Of a stretch of DNA of 64,000 nt, positions 60,701 to 64,000 are shown piece after piece. The DNA comes from Bacteroidales bacterium. Its GTDB lineage: Bacteria; Bacteroidota; Bacteroidia; Bacteroidales; P3. The notes beneath the pieces are model-generated. The model did not search any database, was not told the origin of the DNA, and worked only from the letters and a program-made list of their open reading frames with translations. The stretch spans positions 16,953 to 80,952 of the forward strand of contig WRCN01000007.1 of assembly GCA_009783885.1 (NCBI GenBank), in the 5' to 3' direction. Positions within the stretch are counted from its first letter, which is position 1. Each line of letters begins with the position of its first letter. A program made the position numbers and the translations under genes.

Positions 60701-62521
60701 ACAAGCCATTGGGGTGAATGGAGTTCCCGGAGTTACCGAAGTATTCGTAGCATCACACAACGCTTCAACAGCCCATGTGTATGTGCCGGGTTGCAGGTTG
60801 TTAATGGTCAACGTTTTGTTCCATGTTGTAAAAACTTGATCGGCAGTTCCATTATTGATAACCACTTTGTATTGTGGCGCAGTTCCTTCCCAAGTTAACG
60901 TTATCGTATTAAAATCCGGAGAAACAGCAGCCAAAGCACTTGGAGCAGTGCAAGTCGCATCTACGAAAATAAGTTGAAGTGCACCGGCACCAAAAGAATT
61001 TTGGCGGAACAAGTTAGAATTTGCACGACCGGTGTACATACTTCTAGTTGTATTACCATCGTGTCCAAATCCGATATTGGCTGAACCTGTCTGAACAAGA
61101 CAAACATAATAGCGACCCGGAGTCAATGCCAATGGAGTTGGAAGATTAACAGTGGTATAACCACCTGTATTTCTGGCTATGTCTGGGATTGCAACCAATG
61201 GCGTAGCCGCAGTTGTCAATCCGTTTACGGCATATACTTCCAAGTCATAATTTGCAGCAGTAGTACTCGTGCTGAAACCCACTACAATTTGAGAAAGAGT
61301 AGTTGCTGTAGTGATGTCATAAACATTTCCCATAGTGATTGGACTTGTGTTTCCAATTCCACCGGTGATAGGACCATTAACAACCATGAAGTTGGTTGTT
61401 CCTGTGAAGTTAGGAAGGGTTACTGTATTATCATTTAGATCATCATCGGTCTGAGTTTGACTCACGGTATAAACTAATGTATTTGTTCCAAGAACTCCAT
61501 TAAAAGCCGGAACGCTGAGATTTACATTTGCACCTGGTGCCAAGGAAGCGTGCGGAGCAGATGTTCCGGCAGGATTACCGTTAAGAGTAGCCGAAAGCGT
61601 GATATTGGTTTGTGCTAATGCTCCAATATTACTAACCGCTCCTGTCAAAGGCATTACAAAATTTGCCGGAATTTGTAAAGGCCATTGTGGCGAAACTGCC
61701 ACAGTTAGAGCCAAATCGTTGTCATTAACAGCTCCAACGAAAATATCATCAAGCAATACGGCATAACCGGAATACGGCGATGCCGCCGGTGTACGATCGT
61801 TAAAACCTAAAAAGTAATTGCCGGTTGTCGTAGCTGTATAAAATATAGTAACGTTAGTCCAACCATCAATATTCGTGTTAGTGGTAAAAAGCGTTTCTGT
61901 CATGCTGGCTTCCGCCGCTGCAGATCCTATTTTTACATCAAATTGATTAGGGGGAAGCGGAGTACCACCGGCATTAACTTCAGGTATTTGATACCAAAAA
62001 CTTACCATATAGGTTTGTCCTGATGTCATAGCAATTGCGGGCGTAAACAACCATGCATTCACAGCAGTTGTACCAACTGCCGAAGTAAACGCCAATCGAG
62101 TCCCTGTACGGGGAGCCCATGTTAAGCCACTGTGGCTGGTGGTACTGGTACCAGTAGTCCAGGCTCCAAAAACAGGCGTGCTGCTTCCCGTTACGTTCGC
62201 ACCGGTTCTTGTCCAACCTGCCGGTAATTGACTGGCTGCCGTGTTAGAAGTGCCGTTGAAATTGCCATTTGCAAGCAAGTTAGCTCCCGGCGCTCTGTTT
62301 GGTCCTGATGGAGCAGTTTCAATTGCTTCTGCAATTTTCTGTTGGAGTTCCATCTCCATTGTTCTTTCGCTACTCTCACAAACTTGTAGAGGAGCGTTTG
62401 TGGCTTTAAAAGGCTGAACCCCAGCTCTTGTCGGCTTCGACGAGCTAAAGTCAGCCATTTGTTGTCCATACATGCTTACTATAGCAAACATCAGGACGAG
62501 AAAAGTAAATAGTCTTTTCAT
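54716..62521 (-). CDS. Giant (2601 aa) modular cell-surface protein with type A T9SS C-terminal sorting domain
   Basis: Signal peptide MKRLFTFLVLMFAIVSMYGQQ. There are four modules with the signature PxGW...SFWY...LGFxD...IDDI (about nt 61735-62230, 60198-60685, 56904-57433 and 55165-55729). There are at least 8 CARDB-like Ig units (VKNAG/VKNIG...TNV), FN3-like units (TLTWEGTAPQYKV, KLEWSGTAPVYQV) and one SbsA-type Ig unit (TPANNATDVAVDAVVKATFNQNV). The last 70 or so aa, ITIYPNPVEDRLFI...GTYLIKITTDQGVTTQRFVKK, form the Por secretion tail. Confidence 0.85.
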   Translation of the reverse strand: MKRLFTFLVLMFAIVSMYGQQMADFSSSKPTRAGVQPFKATNAPLQVCESSERTMEMELQQKIAEAIETAPSGPNRAPGANLLANGNFNGTSNTAASQLPAGWTRTGANVTGSSTPVFGAWTTGTSTTSHSGLTWAPRTGTRLAFTSAVGTTAVNAWLFTPAIAMTSGQTYMVSFWYQIPEVNAGGTPLPPNQFDVKIGSAAAEASMTETLFTTNTNIDGWTNVTIFYTATTTGNYFLGFNDRTPAASPYSGYAVLLDDIFVGAVNDNDLALTVAVSPQWPLQIPANFVMPLTGAVSNIGALAQTNITLSATLNGNPAGTSAPHASLAPGANVNLSVPAFNGVLGTNTLVYTVSQTQTDDDLNDNTVTLPNFTGTTNFMVVNGPITGGIGNTSPITMGNVYDITTATTLSQIVVGFSTSTTAANYDLEVYAVNGLTTAATPLVAIPDIARNTGGYTTVNLPTPLALTPGRYYVCLVQTGSANIGFGHDGNTTRSMYTGRANSNLFRQNSFGAGALQLIFVDATCTAPSALAAVSPDFNTITLTWEGTAPQYKVVINNGTADQVFTTWNKTLTINNLQPGTYTWAVEALCDATNTSVTPGTPFTPMACVAVSTFPYTQGFDATTFPPSACWANLSSNATASRWVRGTDAPLRPGSTAQARYPNTNNAAGQFSYLITEALAIPAIGVYALNFWDRFQYGEDGGTFGVWVSNTNNDPASFTLLSPVAIRGTGATRTPWQENAILLDAYAGQTIYLAFIVEATASGWTTSWEIDDMSVALVPANEMVVTAVAPFPFTQIPTTQSIVAPMSATVKNAGLNPQTNVTLGVALGATSIATSTPVASMVFGTSQTLTATPTAAPTAVIAPGTNTLNYTVSSDFYTGGTVLTATQTFEGTANEYSLDDPTRTTWGNVNGTNGTARGHVFTITDTTVLSGVKANFNATTGVPQIFLQAVTGTTLTGDVLINNVAFGTPTVGWNVHTLATPVVLEPGSYFLGIRQSTTATVALRHDSVAGRTFYTRTTGNLIVNTSAAVGMPCVRMIMADPCTAPDNMAAVGSRPQAKLEWSGTAPVYQVNVYDATTAVVYTTTTSATEIMVPGLLGNTTYTWNVTGVCAQMMTSATGTFTTDPDTVNFAMVAMTGIPSGQDTNLTTYYPTVQIQNLSNTGLGYSQIAFEIFVNGTSIGMDTTSTTNIAPGATQNYTSTLQVDLTAAGAFTVQAVITDTRDMIAADDTATISGTNNTIDIAVTGVVTPVTPIINATNAEVLTVQVTNMGSVTITDFALNVEIEGKTQAAIGFTATLDTTLTGLSIAAGATYNVVFQTTVDFSAFGAYDLIVTADLYNDGNLTNNVYEHGIISASDAGITDAMIVQFTAPNANLTAQTTPQNVTVEVMNAGTTSFNSLPVSLYVNGTLLVTDTVTSFAAGVDSMASGDVYFHTFSQQVDFTNSMVTSTTNLMAIAGLTGDEDASNDTARLAVTNTFIVDAQVVSVMTPTATATNMDSIPATIVVRNNGNMPLTSLVVNASVNYGTPVTTTIPSLAVGASETVILPVALVAGANAIRAYVNAVPNDTSAVNDTAVRNVTNNVVLGVQAWTVPAAQLTNASNAETVTITVENGGTFSVRNIPVELWVGGVLIATENIDRVARGATAATSRTTYTFNAKANLAAAGPHQVRVVIAFPGNTPTATNRADTTRTITNTIVTGAPIPYFEGFEATVDTVLPAGWTHSTATIAWKTLTSGQQAEGIEGGTPNARTGTRFLTKSWSRSGSFSWAFSEPIALTAGTTYTVSFWYQAPGYQGQTAERDLFKVQIGPSTARTGTNANATMTGGTTIFTQTATSVSVWTQATFQYTPTTTGLHYLGFHDQTPSGRGFVISIDDISITIPAANDLEVIAAALPYTQIPTSQNVFPANLTATVKNIGSAAQTNVKFSVAMNGTAVGTPSTPVDTLAPGATSAAMTVATGMTTVPLGNNTFVYTASSTETPAGSITATLNIMGTEGTFAVDNETTFALGIGSNDGALTFGNIFEIANATSALQIVVGHATATPLNYEVAIYAMTGSSGLAVAETPMYTQTTQRTAVGWNTVTLTTPQALAPGRYLIAVRQLTATNVSVAYVAGGVVYLHNGTTTLNNANAFTCAIRLVVGTPGEIPVELTSTTPANNATDVAVDAVVKATFNQNVTAGTLSGITFSPTVTGISASVVGTDLIIAHDNFEQGTIYTVNIPAGAIVDYADPISWTFTTVLDEGDFPNPHTLAVNVNGSTATLTWSHGGGAGGDDTPYFEGFEGTTGGGFGDGDTQPASTMPEGWTRTSEVAWGTTGNTVFGVTSGGSTPATIVPRTGTRQLNRSWANTGGFTWTFSNGINLTGGTTYTISFWYRAPGYPQFNEFDMFKVQIGTTTDRTGSGASATMTGATTVFSNTNQRVTEWTQVTFNFTPTTSGEYFLGFHDMTPQEEGLYITIDDISIESQGKASEEELAGFNIFLDGNLFDAVSATTMQYVFNDLAPGSYVAGVQAVGDGGSLSAIVPIAFEVTEVSVKPIDLSRITIYPNPVEDRLFISSTESVKRVEIYNLQGKLVKVVINSTQEIQVGDLKSGTYLIKITTDQGVTTQRFVKK

Positions 62522-62646
62522 GTTTTTCGGTTTTGGTTAATAATTTGGTTTTGGTTTATGTTGTTTCCATTTTTTCAGAAAGCGAAGTTACGAATAATTT
62601 TTGAATTGACAAAATTTTGTTAAAAAAAAAATTTAGAGTTTTTGGG

Positions 62647-64000
62647 TTAATTTTCTCTTCGCCGTGAAAACAACGGTCGAAACGAATCAAATTCACGTTT
62701 GTAAGCAATGCCAATCCCTTGCAGGTAACCCGTTTGTGGAGAACGCCCCAAATCTCGTTCGGACGGACGAGTGAACGCCCTAAAACTGAAGCGATTAGTG
62801 ATTTTCCATTCAGCATTAACTTCACCTGCCCAAGATTGCTGTTCGACATCAGACAAATTTGTTGATAAGCCACCGTAACCAAAGTGCCCATCAATAAGCA
62901 ACCGATTGTCAAAAAACTGCGTGCTTAAAAAAAGTTGTGTTTGTTGAGTGTTGTAAGGATCTCCAGGTCTATGATTGAATCCCACATTAAAATTACTGCT
63001 AAAGTTCTGTAAAATGTTGCTGACCTGATTGGATAACATATCCCAAGCCATTGCTTCGGCATTTACATCCGCTGCCGGTCCCAAAATTGCATTGTTTCCG
63101 GGTGCCGTAAACCCACCAAAAAGCAAAAGGTAAAACGTTTGTTTAGTCATTTCGTTTTCATCGTTATTCACTATATTGAAAAATTGTGTGCGAATATTGT
63201 CGTCCGTATTTGGTAATCTGAAATCAAACCGAACGTTGGGTTGCGACATTCGCCCGTCTAAGCTGATTACACTCTGAACATTTGCTTTTCGTCTAAGTTC
63301 AGCATAATTATGATCCAATGCGACAAAACTGGTGGAAAGAACAGGAAACAAACTCGCTCTTGTCGAATAAATTGCCGAAATATTCAAAATCATATTCCCC
63401 GGATCTCCCGTCCACTGAATAGTTCCACCTCGCTCAATCTGAAATCGCCGTGTGATCAATCGTCCAAAGGCTCTATCTTCAAAGGAAAAATCATAAAAAC
63501 CGTCTTGCAAAACATAATCACCAAACATGGTAAACAAACGGCTTCTCGATTCAAAATTCAATCGCAAGTTGCCACTTCCCGAAACATGGATCAAACCGGC
63601 GGTTGGCGGAATATCCATGTCGAAAAGGAAGGTTGCATCAGGTGTTACTTCAATGTTCAACCTAACGATGATATTGGCCGGATTTGCTTCAATAGTGGGC
63701 GTTTGAACAATTATCGTGTCGATGTTTATCGTTGGTGTAACAAAATGAATAAACTGGTTTGTTTCGGAAATATTGACATTCGAACTGTGATTGACTTGAA
63801 TTTCTGTACCCCGCTCGGTACGTGCCTGAACGTCAATCAGAATATCTTGGGCCTTCCCGGTAAGATTCGTACGCCCTGTAACAAAAGCCTTTCCAAAGAA
63901 AACTTCGTTGTGCAATTGAGACGTATTCAAGGCAAGAAAGTTAGTCATATCAAGCCCAAGATCAAGTCGAAAATCCTTAAATCTGTTGTGATATAATCCG
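62647..64000 (-). CDS. tamB: Translocation and assembly module protein TamB, C-terminal part (5' end runs off the window)
   Basis: It is a beta-rich repetitive sequence with a C-terminal DUF490-like end (...GEVNAEWKITNRFSFRAFTRPSERDLG...GIGIAYKREF). The frame stays open upstream of the listed ATG (63948) to the window edge by my own translation. Confidence 0.7.
   Translation of the reverse strand, partial: GLYHNRFKDFRLDLGLDMTNFLALNTSQLHNEVFFGKAFVTGRTNLTGKAQDILIDVQARTERGTEIQVNHSSNVNISETNQFIHFVTPTINIDTIIVQTPTIEANPANIIVRLNIEVTPDATFLFDMDIPPTAGLIHVSGSGNLRLNFESRSRLFTMFGDYVLQDGFYDFSFEDRAFGRLITRRFQIERGGTIQWTGDPGNMILNISAIYSTRASLFPVLSTSFVALDHNYAELRRKANVQSVISLDGRMSQPNVRFDFRLPNTDDNIRTQFFNIVNNDENEMTKQTFYLLLFGGFTAPGNNAILGPAADVNAEAMAWDMLSNQVSNILQNFSSNFNVGFNHRPGDPYNTQQTQLFLSTQFFDNRLLIDGHFGYGGLSTNLSDVEQQSWAGEVNAEWKITNRFSFRAFTRPSERDLGRSPQTGYLQGIGIAYKREFDSFRPLFSRRREN

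Noticed and set aside
54967-62469. Numerous 60-130 aa ORFs on both strands inside the giant gene (for example 57368-57745 +, 58577-58975 +, 62191-62469 -).
   Set aside because: They lie entirely within a 7.8-kb ORF with coherent domain structure. The Thr/Ala/Gly/Val/Asn-rich codon composition suppresses stop codons in other frames. None has a promoter box or a recognisable motif.
1-64000. Defence systems, toxin-antitoxin pairs, secretion-system gene clusters, prophage or biosynthetic gene clusters.
   Set aside because: I found no nuclease/helicase/ATPase combinations, reverse transcriptase, cyclase, phage structural genes or biosynthetic core enzymes. rmuC is a lone housekeeping-type gene. 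The small ORFs at 34231-34720 are too degraded to call a toxin-antitoxin pair.

Overview
This 64-kb chromosomal window reads as a Bacteroidota genome. The evidence is TAnnTTTG promoter boxes a few nt upstream of many start codons, a fused lpxC-fabZ gene, BamD and TamB, and both type A and type B T9SS C-terminal sorting domains. It holds about 50 protein genes, mostly housekeeping: dcp, ptrB, kdsA, ung, lpxA, lpxC-fabZ, rmuC, pepD, bamD, coaBC, pyrBI, ruvB, queG and ddl. It also holds one tRNA-Pro(CGG), a DUF4252/ECF-sigma/anti-sigma module, one two-component pair, a 2601-aa T9SS-sorted surface protein, and a small AT-rich islet (about 34.0-37.6 kb) with an astacin-type metalloprotease. I found no rRNA, CRISPR, transposase, integrase, phage or recognisable defence genes, and no obvious novel multi-gene system. 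The most unusual property is non-genic: the window is saturated with small nested palindromic repeats of three kinds. (i) A hairpin superfamily with a conserved loop core GAGCGNAGYCGA and stems that co-vary between copies. (ii) GTAG-headed REP-like hairpins, including one inverted doublet. (iii) 7-nt tandem repeats fused to promoter boxes. Several copies sit inside open reading frames without breaking them (coaBC, an FAH-like gene, an HTH regulator, a U32 peptidase). Others replace the native 3' end or stop codon (ptrB, coaBC, queG), and one bridges a ribF-type FAD-synthetase domain in frame to yggS. This resembles Rickettsia palindromic elements and is my lead candidate for something undescribed here. 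All functional calls come from my own reading of motifs in the supplied translations or my own reverse-complement translations. No database search, folding or statistics were run. Many ORF-track starts were trimmed to internal ATGs because the upstream extension runs through a promoter box or a repeat.
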